Source of the DNA: Scenedesmus sp. PABB004
Lineage: Eukaryota
NCBI GenBank assembly: GCA_014905635.1
Contig: JABVCE010000040.1
Location: forward strand, 124,001-188,000
Direction: 5' to 3'
DNA length: 64,000 bases
Below the pieces are notes generated by a model, which did no database searches, was not told the origin of the DNA, and saw nothing but the letters and a program-made list of their open reading frames with translations. Made by a program: the position numbers and the translations under genes. Positions 1-11,219 of the stretch are shown one piece after another (the first letter of the stretch is position 1; the number at the start of each line of letters is the position of its first letter).

Positions 1-586
1 CGCGGTCAAGCCCGCCGCGGCTGCGGCCGCTGCGGCCAAGCCCGCCGCGGCCGGCGGGCCCGCGGGCCGCCGCCGCCTCATGCAGCCGTCGACGCCGTCG
101 TGGGCCACGCCCACCGACCTGCCCAACAGCCAAACCCTGGACGGTGCCGGCACCGCGACCTCCGCCCAGGACGATGCCGACGCGACCATTGAGGGCGTGG
201 CGCGTCCCAAGCGCGCGGAGCCGGGCACGCCCGGCTGGGCCAACCCCTCCATCGGCTGGGGCAAGGTGCGACCGGCGACGAGGCACGCGCGGGGCGCGCG
301 CTCTCACCGACCCACACGCGCGGCCCGCCCTGGCGCCCGGCCGCGCGCGCCGCAGTCGATCAGCTGGGACGCCGGCGACACCAACCAGGGCGGGGACACC
401 GAGGGGCAGATCTCCGGCGCAGTGAGCGCGCGCGCGGCCCGCCCCAGCACGCCGTCGTGGGCGTCGCCGAACATCGACCTGGGCAAGTCGATCAGCGCAG
501 ACACGTCTGGCACGAACAACCAGAACGCCGCCGAGGCGCAGATCAACGCCGCCGTGGCGGGCTACGACAGCTCTGGCTGCTGCTAG
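1..586 (+). CDS. 3' part of upstream tandem paralog of the fasciclin/repeat-tail gene (5' end outside window); intron 266-355
   Basis: Reads [41 protein letters not shown]...GYDSSGCC*, colinear with ~2891-3482. It has the same GT-AG intron and a similar 3' flank. Confidence 0.85.
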   Translation, partial: AVKPAAAAAAAAKPAAAGGPAGRRRLMQPSTPSWATPTDLPNSQTLDGAGTATSAQDDADATIEGVARPKRAEPGTPGWANPSIGWGKVRPATRHARGARSHRPTRAARPGARPRAPQSISWDAGDTNQGGDTEGQISGAVSARAARPSTPSWASPNIDLGKSISADTSGTNNQNAAEAQINAAVAGYDSSGCC

Positions 587-1121
587 GCGGCGCCGCTGCC
601 TGCCTGCTGGGCAGCGCGCGTGCGGCCGGGCCGGCTGCCAGTGCAGCTGCGCTGCATCGGACCGCGGCGCGCCAGGAACGCGCGCGGCGTCCGGACGCGG
701 GCCCACGCGCTGGGTTCGGCGTCGTGATTTGATGGCTGGCTGACTCAATCGGGGGCATTCGATGGCTCGCTCACTCAATCCAGGGTCGTTCCAACGTTGT
801 GTGTCCGCGCCCAGCACGGCGCCACGGCGCTGCTGCGCCCGGCCGGGCCCCGTTCCGCAGCGGTGCGCTCGCCGGCTCTGCCGTCGTGGTGCTGGTCGAC
901 GACGGCCCGTCGACGGGCGGCTCGTTGCAGATGACGGCGCAGGCCTGATGCGCACGTGGCGAGCAGCAGCGGAACAGCGGAACTTCTCACCCCGACCGCG
1001 AACCCTCGTGAAAGCAACGCGCACGCGCGCCGGCGCGATCGTTCCCACTCCCGCTGCCCGCGCTTGTCAGGCGGTGACGGCCCCGCGCCAATCGCCCGGC
1101 GCCCGCGCGCGCGCGTGAAGA

Positions 1122-3482
1122 ATGCCGCTGCAGACCAGCCGGCTCAGGATGCTGCACACCGCGTTGCTGCTGGCCTGCGCCCTGTTGGTGGCGCCCAGAG
1201 CCCTGGTGCGCGGGTTGAGGCGGTCCGGCAAGCCATTAGAGCCCCCGCGCGCGTGGCCGCTGGTGCTGCTCTATCTGACGCACGCTGCCCGGCCCACGCG
1301 CCGCGCGACGCCCGCCCCGCAGGCGCAGCAGGCCACGCGCGCGCAGGAGGAGGCGCTGATGACGGCGATGCAGCCCATCCGGGGGCACCCCCAGCTCAAG
1401 ACCATGGCCGCGCTGCTGGAGACGTCGGGCGCCGCCGACGTGATCACGCCCAAGGCTCGGCTGACCTTGCTGGCGCCGACCGACCAGGCACGGCATCCGC
1501 AGCCGCGGCCGCGGCGGCGGCGGCGGGCCGCGCGCGCAGCGCGCGCAGCGCCTCCGCGCTGCGCGCAGCGCTGCGGGCAGCGCTGAGGCGTCGCGGCGGC
1601 GGCGCGGCGCGGCGGCGCCCCGCAGGCGTTTGCGCGCTTCTTCGCCGAGATGGGCATCGGCCTGGGCCTGCTCGCGCGCGACGAGCCCCTGGCCGACGCC
1701 ATCGCGGCGTATCACATGCTCATCGGCGCGACGCTGGACAGCGACACGATCTTCGCCGTCGCCGCGCGGCGGCGCGCCAAGGCCGGCGCCAACGCTACGC
1801 GGCGCGCCGCCGCCGCCGCCGCCGGGCCGGCGGCGCCGCTTGACCGCGTGACGCTCACGCAGCGCGTGTACACCGCGGCGACGCCGTTTTACGTCACGTT
1901 TGGCCGCGGCGCCAACGCCACGTACGTGCGCGGCGTGCAGGGCCACGTGGCCAAGGTGACGGGCGTGCTGCGCGCGGGCAGGCACATCGTGCACATCATC
2001 GACCGCGTGCTCTACAGCGGTGCGGCCGCGTGTGCAGGGGCGCGGGGTGCAGGGCGGGTGTGCGTGCGTGCGGTGCGCGCGTGCACCGCACACACGCGCC
2101 TGCGCGGCGCGCAGGTGAGTATTTCAACACCCTGGGCGACCTCGTCGCGGCCTATCCGAGTGGCCTGGGCAGCCTCGGCGCGGCGCTGCGTGACGCGGGC
2201 ATGGGCGGGCTGCTGACGGCCAAGCCCTTCAACGACACGCTGCTCGCGCCCAACAGCAAGGCCTTTGCGGCGGCAAACCTCGCCGCCAAGGGCTTCACCG
2301 GCCGCCGCCTCGCCACGCTGCTGGCCGACCACATCGTCCCCGGCCGCTACACGCTGCCCGGCGGCAAGACCAAGCCCCTCACCACGCTGGGCGGCACGGC
2401 CATCACCGTTGACGGCCTGAAGTGAGCGCCGCTCGCCCTCGCGCCTGCCCTGCATGGCATGTGGCCCCTCGTGTGCCCCTGTCAACCATACCCACACCAC
2501 ACGTGAGCCCGCGTGCCCCACGCACCCCCAACGCAACCTGCCGCGCCGCGCCGCGCCGCGCAGGGGCCCGTCGGGCGATTTCGTGCTCGTCGACACGACC
2601 GGGCAGCGCGCGCCGATCACCAAGGCCGACCTCTTTGTCTCAAACGTGCGCCGGCAGCGCCGCGCCCGCGCCGGCGCCACGCCCGCGCCGGCACCGCCGC
2701 GCCCGCGGCGGCGCAGGCCGACGCGCGCTCCGCACGCCCGCTGCCGCGCAGGGCGTGGTGCAGGTTATCGGCGCGGTGCTGATGCCCAAGGCCGCCGCGG
2801 CCGCTGCGGCCACGCCCGCCGCACCCGCCGGCGCAGCCAAGCCCGCCGCGCCCGCCGCCGCTGCGGCCAAGCCCGCCGCGCCTACGGCCGCTGCGGTCAA
2901 GCCCACTGCGGCCGCGGCCGCTGCGGCCAAGCCCGCCGCGGCCGGCGGGCCCGCGGGCCGCCGCCGCCTCATGCAGCCGTCGACGCCGTCGTGGGCCACG
3001 CCCACCGACCTGCCCAACCTCCAAACCCCGGACGACATGGGAGGCGCCGCGACCGCCGCAGAGGACGATGCCGACGCGACCATTGAGGGCGTGGAGAGTC
3101 CCAAGCGCGCGGATCCGGCCACGCCCGGCTGGGCCGACCCCTCCATCGACTGGGGCAAGGTGCGACCGGCGACGAGGCACGCGCGGGGCGCGCGCTCTCA
3201 CCGACCCATACGCGCGGCCCGCCCCGGCGCCCGGCCGCGCGTCTGCCGCAGGCCATCAGCTGGGACACCGACGACACCTCCCAGGGCGAGACCGCCGAGG
3301 CGCAGATCGCCGGCGCGGTGAGCTCGAGCGCGTCCGACCCCAGCACGCCGTCGTGGGCGACGCCGAGCATCGACCTGGGCAAGTCAATCAGCGAGACGAC
3401 GTCTGACACAAAGGAAGAGGACGCCGCCGAGGCGCAGATCGACAACTCCGTGGCCGGCTACGACAGCACCCCTTGCTGCTAG
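1122..3482 (+). CDS. Secreted protein with two FAS1 (fasciclin) domains, Ala/Pro/Lys linker and three ~45-aa C-terminal repeats (7 exons)
   Basis: Signal peptide MLHTALLLACALLVAPRAL. FAS1 motifs TLLAPTDQ|AF, AYHML and HIVHIIDRVL; second domain TLLAPNSKAF, LADHIVPG and GVVQVIGAVLMP. Stop TAG 3480-3482. The start could be 1122 or 1149. Confidence 0.85.
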
Positions 3483-4174
3483 GCGGCGCAGACGCTGCCT
3501 GCTGTGCTGCCTGCAGCGTGTGGCCGGGCTGCGCTGCTGCATCGGGCACGACCGAACTCGCGGCCGTGGGTCAACTCGCAGCGGCCGTGGGGCAACGCGC
3601 TGGGCCAACGTGCTGAGCCAACGCGCTGGCCTTGGTGACTTGACGGGGGTCGCTTACTCAATGGGCGGGGGGATTCGATTGCTCGCTCACTCAATTGGGG
3701 GTCCAACGTTGTCCCACGGGTGTTACCGCGCTCGCCCGTCGTCGCTGCCGCGCGTGGTATTGAAACCTTGCTTGCTCTCCGTCCTGGGCGGTCCGGCGGA
3801 AGGGGCGCGCTCGTGCCGGCGACGAGTGTGGCCCGGGGCTCCCCGGGCGCAGCGCTGCACCGTCGCGCCGCCGCCTGCTCGCGCGCCGCCGCGCCGCGCA
3901 GCCCTCTCCACTCTCACACGCCGCACACCGACACGCCCTCGTCCCCAGTCCTGCGAGCCCAGTCCTGCCGCGAGAGAGGCCTCTCTGCGCCTGCCTGCCG
4001 CCCAGCCGCGGCCGCCCCCCCCCCCCGCCCAGCCGCGGGCCCCGCGTCCCGGTCGCGTCCCCCCAGGCCCGGATCAGGGCGTGCCCGCCCGCCCGTCGCC
4101 CCTGCGCGGCGTCCGCCGGCCGCCGGCGGGCATCACCAGCACCCGCGCGCCCTGCGCGCAGCGGCGGGCCCAGG

Positions 4175-4608
4175 ATGCCCAAGATCCAGCCGCCCGAGCT
4201 GAAGAAGTTCATGGACAAGAAGCTCAGCAGTGCGGCGCGGCGCGGCGGGGAGCGGGCCGCCCGCGGCGCCGCGCGGCGCCGCGCGACCGCCGCTGCTGCT
4301 GCTCACCGGCCGCCGCGCGCAGTCGTGCTCAACGCCAACCGGCACGTCACCGGCACGCTGCGCGGGTTCGATCAGTTCATGAACATCGTGCTCGACCAGA
4401 CGGTCGACATGAAGGCGAAGCAGGACATCGGCATGGTGGTGCGGCTGCGCGCGCGCGGCGGCGCTCGGGCAGCTCCCCACGGCGGCGGCGGGCCGCGGGC
4501 GCCCGCTCCCCGCTCACGCCCCGCCGCCGCCGCGCCCGCGGCCCGCCGCGCCAGGTGATCCGCGGCAACAGCATCATCACCATTGAGGCGCTGGAGCCCA
4601 TCTACTGA
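4175..4608 (+). CDS. SNRPG: Small nuclear ribonucleoprotein G (Sm-G); exons 4175-4229, 4323-4438, 4555-4608
   Basis: Spliced product [43 protein letters not shown]...[21 protein letters not shown], with Sm1/Sm2 motifs. Confidence 0.95.
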
Positions 4609-5568
4609 CCCCGCTGCCCCCCGGCAGCGCCGCGCGCGGGCCGCCGCCGCGGCGCCAGGTGCAGCAGCGCGGCGCGCGCGCGGCGGGGGCGGGCCCCGCC
4701 GCGCGCGCGCGCGCGCGCCCCGCAGCAGGTCCGGCGGCCCTGCACGCCCCGCGGCGCCGCCGCCGCGGGCGCCGCCGCCTGCTGCCGAGGGGGCGCGCGT
4801 TGCGGGCCGAGGAGGGGAGGCGCGGGACAGACTCTGTCGTCGCTGACGGTGAACCGAGGGAGCGAGTGCGCCGTCACCGCTCTCTGCATCCGCCCGCCCG
4901 TCGCGGCGCGCAGCGCGCAGTCCAGCAGCAGCAGCAGCAGTCAGTCAGCTGAGGTAGATCGAGCAGGCGCCGCCGCCGCCACAGTCCCTGAGCTCACGCG
5001 ACCGACCAAGAGTCCTCCCCGTCTCCTGCCAGCCGGGGGCGCTGCCTCAGCTCGGGCGCGCCCCGTGGATTGGTGTGGCTGGTGCCGCGCGGTGGGGCTG
5101 CCGGCGTCGCCGCCCGGCAGCCCCCCGCCGCGGCGAAGCACGTGGATACGCCGCCGACCCCCGCACGGCCGCTCCTCCCCAGCGTCACGGCGGGCTGCTG
5201 CGGTTGCTGCGCTCACCGCGCGCTCGCAGCGCGTGCGTCGCCGGGGCGCCGCGCCAGCGAGACACGACCGCGCGCGCGCTCGCTGCGCGCGCAGTGGCCA
5301 GGCCGGCGCGCGCCCCGACGCCCGAGGCACCCCCTCCCCTCCCGCCCACACGGATGTGCACTGAAAATCGCTGCCGCCGTGCAGCTGCCGACTCGCCAAA
5401 CCAGGGCCGCGCGCAAGCTAAAAGGTATGCGCCGCGCCCCCGCCCCGCGCGCGCCTGCCGGCGCCGCCGGCCTGCGCGCGCTGGGCCCGCCGGTCGCGCC
5501 GCGCCGCGCCGCGCTCGCGCGCTGCACGCGGGCCGCGGCCGCCGCCGGTGGTCTCGCCGCGCGCTCGG

Positions 5569-6927
5569 TCAGGCCTTGGCCGCCGCGGCCGCCGCCTGCT
5601 GGTCGCGCAGCTTCTTGCGCAGGCGCTTCTTCTGGCTCGCGCTGAGCTTGCCGTCGCCGGCGTCCTCCTCCTCCTCAGGCGGCGGCGGCGCCGCGGCCGC
5701 GGGCGGTGCCGCCGCAGGCCGGGGCGTGATCGAGGCCTTGGCCGCCATCTCGCGCGCCAGCTGGCCGGCGCCGCCGCCGCCGGCGCCCGCGGGCGGCGGC
5801 GCGCCGCGGCGCTGCTGCGGCGGCGGCTGCGCGGCGCGCAGCGCGCCCTGGCCGGGCTGCGCCGCGCGGTGCGGCGGCGCGTGCTGGTGGTGCTGCGGCG
5901 CGCGCGCGGGCGGCCCGCCGCTGGGCTGGCCCGGCCGGTGGTGGTGCGGCGGCCCGGCGGGGCCGCGGTGCTGGGGGCCGCGCGCATAGCCGTTCGCCTG
6001 CCCGCCGTGGGCGGCGACGTTGCCGTGCCCCGCGCCGTGGCTCTGCTGGTGGTGCCCCGGCCCGCGCGGCGGGCCGTGGCCGCCGTAGCCGGCCTGGTGC
6101 CCGTGGCCCTGCGGCGCGGCGCGGCGCGGCCGGGGTCGTGGGCGTGGGCCGCACGCTCACGCGCGCCGCGCTGCACCACGCCGCGCCGCGCCACGTCGCC
6201 CCCCCCCTCTCCCCGCTTGCGCGCACCTGGCTGCCGCGGTAGGCGCTGCCGTTGGCCTGCGGGCCGCGGTAGCCGCCGGGGTGGCCGCCGCCGCCGTGCC
6301 GCTGGCTGCCGACGTGCGGGTGGCTGTGGAAGTGCTCGGGGTGGTCCAGGTGCTGCGGGCGCGGCGCGCGGATGCGCGCGCGGGTCGGCTTGCGCGCGCG
6401 CGCGCCGCCGCGCAGCGACAGCGCCACGCGGGCGCGCGGGCATGCGCTGCAGGGCCGGGGTGCCGGCCAGCCGGGCAGCAGCGCTCGCGCCCGTCGCGCG
6501 CGCTCGCGGTGAGCGCGCGCTCACCGCGAGCGTCGGGGGCTGCACGGGGTGCAGGTTCTCAAAGCGCTTCTGCGGCGGCAGCTGGATGTAGCCGCTGCCC
6601 ACGGTTTGCACCTGCGACGCGGCGGCGGCGCGCGCTCGGCGCTCGAGCGCCGCGCTGCAGCGGCGGCGGCGGGAGCGCCGCGCCGGCGCTCCCCGCGCCC
6701 CTCAGCAGCGTGCGCCAGGCTGGAGGCGTGGCGCCGGGTACGGACCGGCCCTGGCGCGTCCCGGAGCGCCGGCCCCGGGCAGGGAGGGGCCGGGAGGTGC
6801 TCGCAATCACGGCCTGCTGCTCCCGCCCCCCCGCCACCCGCGCCCGCGCGCCGGCGCCGCTCCCCACCTTGATGGCCATCGTCGCGGCGTCGATCTCCGC
6901 CTGGCTGCGCCCGCCCCGGCCCGCCAT
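5569..6927 (-). CDS. Hypothetical Gly/His/Pro/Gln-rich disordered protein (4 exons)
   Basis: MAGRGGRSQAEIDAATMAIK|VQTVGSGYIQLPPQKRFENLHPVQPPTLA|HLDHPEHFHSH...|GHGHQAGYGG...EEEEDAGDGKLSASQKKRLRKKLRDQQ...AKA*. GT-AG junctions keep the frame. Confidence 0.65.
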
Positions 6928-7380
6928 TGCTGCTCGCGGCGCGGGGAGCCCGCCCGGGCGCCGGAACGGGTGCTGTCGATGCCGTGGCGGGCGCGGGAGT
7001 GGCGAGCGCTTCCGGGGGCGCAGCCGCGCGGGTCCACAGGGCACGGGAGGCGACCGGGCGCTGAGCCGTTGCACTTAAACTGCCTTGCGCGCGCACGGCG
7101 CGCCGCCGCCACCCCCCCCCCCCACGCGCACACCCGTCCCGCATTCCCCCGCGACCGCTGCCCGCCTGCCGCACGCCGCCCGCGCGGGGGAGCTGCTCGG
7201 CACACACGCTCCTGCGCCCTCTCGCTCGCCGCGAACCGACGACGCCTGGGAATCGGGAGCCAAGAGGACACGCGGCAGGAGGCGCCGGGCCCGCTGCCCG
7301 CCGACGGGGGCGCCGCTGCAGCGCCGCCGAGCGGCCCCGCCGCCGCGCGGGGCGGGCTCCGCGCGGGCCCGCCGGCCGCC

Positions 7381-9294
7381 ATGGAGGCCTGCCGCGGGAG
7401 GCTGCAGTTCGTGGACCGCACCGGCAGCAGCCTGATGCCGCACGACGGCAGCAGCCGCAGCGGCGCCGACGGCGGCGCGGGCTCGTCCGCCGCCGCAGCG
7501 GCCGCGGGCGCCGCCGCACAGCAGCAGCCAGCGCTGCAGGCGCAGCAGCAGCAGCAGCAGTCGCAGCAGCAGCAGTCGCAGCAGCAGCAGCAGCCGTCGC
7601 AGCACCATCTACACCACCACCCGCGGCAGCAGCGGGCGCAGCCGGCGCAGGCGCAGCAGCAGCAGTCGCTGCTGCCGCCGCGGCCGGTGCCGCCGGGGCT
7701 GTTCAGCCAGCCGTCGCAGGCGACGCAGGCGCCGCCGGGCGAGCCGGGGCTGGGCAGCATGCGGCAGCCGCTCGACCTGCGGCGCATCAACGTGGCCATC
7801 GCCAACGTGCAGATTCGGGACGACGACATGGCCACGAGCCAGGAGACGCGGCCGGGGCCGCCCGCGCTCGCGCGCGGCGGCAGCACGAGCAGCCGCGCGC
7901 TCACGGTCGAAGTGGTGCCGCGCATGCCGAGCCAGGACATGTGGTGCGCGCGCGCGCGCGCTGTGCGCTCGCCGCCGCCGCCGCCGCCGCGAGGCCGGCG
8001 CGCCGTGCGCGCGCGCGGCCCGCGCCCGACCCGACCCCGAACCGTGACCCCGCGCCCCGCCGCAGCGGCAGCTTTGACTACGCCACGCCGGTGGAGCAGC
8101 AGTTTCAGTTTGACTACGACCTCAGCATGCAGCAGGACCAGCGCAGCCGCTCGCCCGCGGCGAGCCCCGTGCGGCACGTCACCAAGCGCCCGCGGCACGC
8201 GGCGGGTGCGCGCGGCGCGCGGGCGCGGGCGCGCGCCGGCGTGCTCGCCGCGTGCGGGCTGCGCGTGACGCCCGCGCGTCGCCCGCAGGCTTTGAGGACG
8301 GCTCCGAGGCGACCAGCCAGCCCAGCCAGCAGCAGATGGCAGCGGACGAGCCCTGCACCAGCAGCGTGACCAACTCGGGTGCGGGGCTCGCACGGCGCGG
8401 CTGCGCAGCGCGCCCGCCGGCTCGCAGCGCGCCCCCGGCGCGCGCGGCGCGCTGCTCGCCCGCCGCCCACGCCGCCCGCCCGCGCCGCGCCGCGCCGCGC
8501 CGCGCAGGCGGCACCTTCAGCCTGCCGCCGGTGCCGTCCCGCGTGCTCAGCCGGCCGAGCCGCTTCGGCGGCCACGTGCGGCCGCAGTCGCCGGCGTCGT
8601 TCAGGTGCGGCGGCCGCGCCCGGCGCCAGCGCCTGGCGGCGGCGGGCGCGGGCGCGGCGGCGGGCGTGAGCGCGGCAGCGGGCGCGGCAGCAGGCGGTCG
8701 AGAGCGCGGCGCCCGCCCGGCCGCGCGCCCGCGTCGCTGCCCCGCCCGCAGGAACCCGTTCAAGACGGGCGTGGACGGCGACCAGCCGCACGAGTTTGAC
8801 AGCAGGAGCCTCAAGCAGTGCCCCACCGTCTCGCGGCTCAGGTGCGCCCGCGCACGCCGCGCGGCGGCCCCGATCCAGCCGCCCGCCTCACCCCGCGCTC
8901 GCGCGCCGCCGCCGCCGCCGCCGCCGCCGCCCGGCCGGCCTGTCGCCGCGCCCGCCCGCCCCGCGCGCGCGCAGCGCCGAGTTCCGGCAGGTGCGGGAGA
9001 TTGGCAAGGGCGGCTTCAGCGTGGTCTTCCGCGGCACGCACCGCCTCGACGGCTGCGAGTATGCGCTCAAGCGCACCAAGACTCCCGCGTCGGACAACAA
9101 GGACCGCAACGCGTGGCTGCAGGTCCGCCGCCGCCCGCGCAGGGGGGGGGGGGGGTGACAACGCGGGCGGCGCGCGGGCGGCGCGCGGGCGGCGCGCGGG
9201 CGGCGCGCGGGCGGCGCGCGGGCGGCACGGCGGCGAGCGCGCGCGCGCGCGGGGGAGCGCCGTGGCTCACCGCGCGCCGCGCGGTGGCTCACCA

Positions 9295-9333
<39 letters not shown>

Positions 9334-10516
9334 AGGAGGTGCAGGCGCTTGCGGCGGTCGGCGCGCACCCAAACATCGTGCAGTACTACTCGGCCTGGGC
9401 GGAGCCAGACATGCAGGCGCGCTGCGCTGCCGCCGGCGGCCCCGCGCGCTCTGCGCGCTGCGCTGCCCCGGCCGCCAGCCGCGCGCGCGCGCGCGCCGAG
9501 CGGAGCCGGGCCGCCAGCCAGCGCAGCGTGCAGCGCGCGTACGGGCAAGCGGCGGCCGGCCGCTCAGCGGCGCGCCCTCCGGGCGCGGCGCCCCACCCTG
9601 CGCCCCGCGCGGCCCCGCTCAGGGCGACCAGCTGTGGATTCAGATGGAACTCTGCGGAGACAGCCTCGCCGCGACGACCCGCCTGCGCGACCGCCAGCCC
9701 TGGCGCGAGCCGGAGCTCGTCGGCCTGCTCAAGCAGGTGCGGCGGCGGGGGCCGGGGCGCGAGCGCGGGCGCGACACAGGGGTGGCAAGCTGCTGCCGCG
9801 CCGCGCGCGCCGCGCCTCACGCCGCGCGCGCCGCGCCTCACGCCGTGCCGCCGCGCCGCCGCGGCGCGCGCGCCAGATGGCGTCGGCGCTGGAGCACATG
9901 CACCGCCGCGGCATCGTGCACCTCGACCTGAAGCCCGACAACATCTACTGCAGGTGACCCGCGCCCCGCCGCCACCGCCCGCCGCCGCGGCCCGCGCGCC
10001 CCCCGCCTCCCGCCGCAGCACGCCGCCGCCGCGCTGGCCGGCTCCCGGCGCGCGCGCGCGCCCGACCGCGCCCGCGCCCGCGCCGCCCCTGCTCCTCCCC
10101 TGCTCCCCCACGCTTCCCAGCCGCGAGGGCCACGGCGAGGGGTTCAAGCTCGGCGACTTTGGCCTCGCGACGCTGCGCGGCGGCCACTGGCGCGTGCAGG
10201 AGGGCGACTCGCGGTGCGCGCCGCCCTCCGCCGCCCCGGCTGCCGCGCGCTCCGTCCGCCCGCGCGCCCCGCCCCGCGCCGCCCCGCCGCGCCCACCCTG
10301 CGCCGCGCCCCTGTCCCGGGCCCGCGGCGCCCTGCCCCCGCGCAGGTACCTGCCGCTGGAGCTGCTGAACAACGACACCAAGCACCTCGACAAGGCCGAC
10401 GTCTTTGCGCTCGGCCTCACGCTCTATGAGCTCTCCACCGGCAAGGCCCTGCCCGCCAACGGCCGCCGCTACCAGGCGCGCGGCGTCGCGCGGCGCGGCG
10501 GGGGAAGGAGGGGGCA

Positions 10517-10562
<46 letters not shown>

Positions 10563-10951
10563 AGAGGGGGAGCAGGGGGGGGGGCGCCGGGGAGGTGGCG
10601 CCCGCCGCCGGCGCGGCGCGCCGACCGCGCGGCGCGCCGCCGGCCGCAGGAGCTGCGCGAGGGCAAGATCCCCATGCTGCCGACCTACTCAAACTCCTTC
10701 CAGAAGCTCCTCGCGGTGAGACTTGCCTGACAGCCTTGTGGCATCGCGGCGGGGCAGCGGCGCGCGGCGGCGCGCGGCACCGACGCCCCGCTGACGCCCC
10801 GCGTGCCGCGCGTGCTGCGCAGGGCATGCTCGCGGCCGACCCCGGCAAGCGCCCGTCGGCGGAGGACGTGCTGCGCCTGGTCAGCAAGGCGGCGTCCAAG
10901 AGCGGCCTCGCGCTCGCCGCCGCCGGCGGCAGCGCGCGGCGGTCGCTGTGA
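7381..10951 (+). CDS. WEE1: WEE1-like CDK-inhibitory kinase (multi-exon)
   Basis: IGKGGFSVV, HRLDGCEYALK, HPNIVQYYSAW, IQMELC, HLDLKPDNI, KLGDFGLA and the Wee1-diagnostic EGDSRYLPLE; also KADVFALG and a long Q-rich N-terminus. Confidence 0.93.
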
Positions 10952-11208
10952 GGCCGGGGCGGCGCGGCGCGGGGCTGGGTGCTGCAGCGCTGGGGGAGTG
11001 GCCGGGCTAGCCTAGGCCAGGGCGGGCTGCAACGGGGCGTGCGTGTCCCGCGCGCAGCCGAGGGTCGCGGGGGTGGCGCCGCTGGACAGAGCTGGGCGGG
11101 CGGCGGCGCGCAGGAGACTAGGGCGCGCCGCCGCTGCCCGGCAGAGACCGACTGCTGACTGGTCGTGTGTGATCATTCATCATCGCCGCAGCTGGCGCGC
11201 GTTTGAAC

Positions 11209-11219
11209 TGTAACTGTAA
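11209..11219 (+). terminator. Tandem TGTAA polyadenylation signals of WEE1
   Basis: tgtaactgtaac ~260 nt downstream of the WEE1 stop. UGUAA is the known chlorophyte poly(A) signal. Confidence 0.65.

Noticed and set aside
572..586. Terminal CC of the fasciclin tails as a Rab-type geranylgeranylation signal
   Set aside because: The complete copy has a signal peptide and no GTPase domain, so disulfide roles are more plausible.
6960..7075. MSA-like AACGG motifs upstream of WEE1
   Set aside because: Too short to distinguish from chance.
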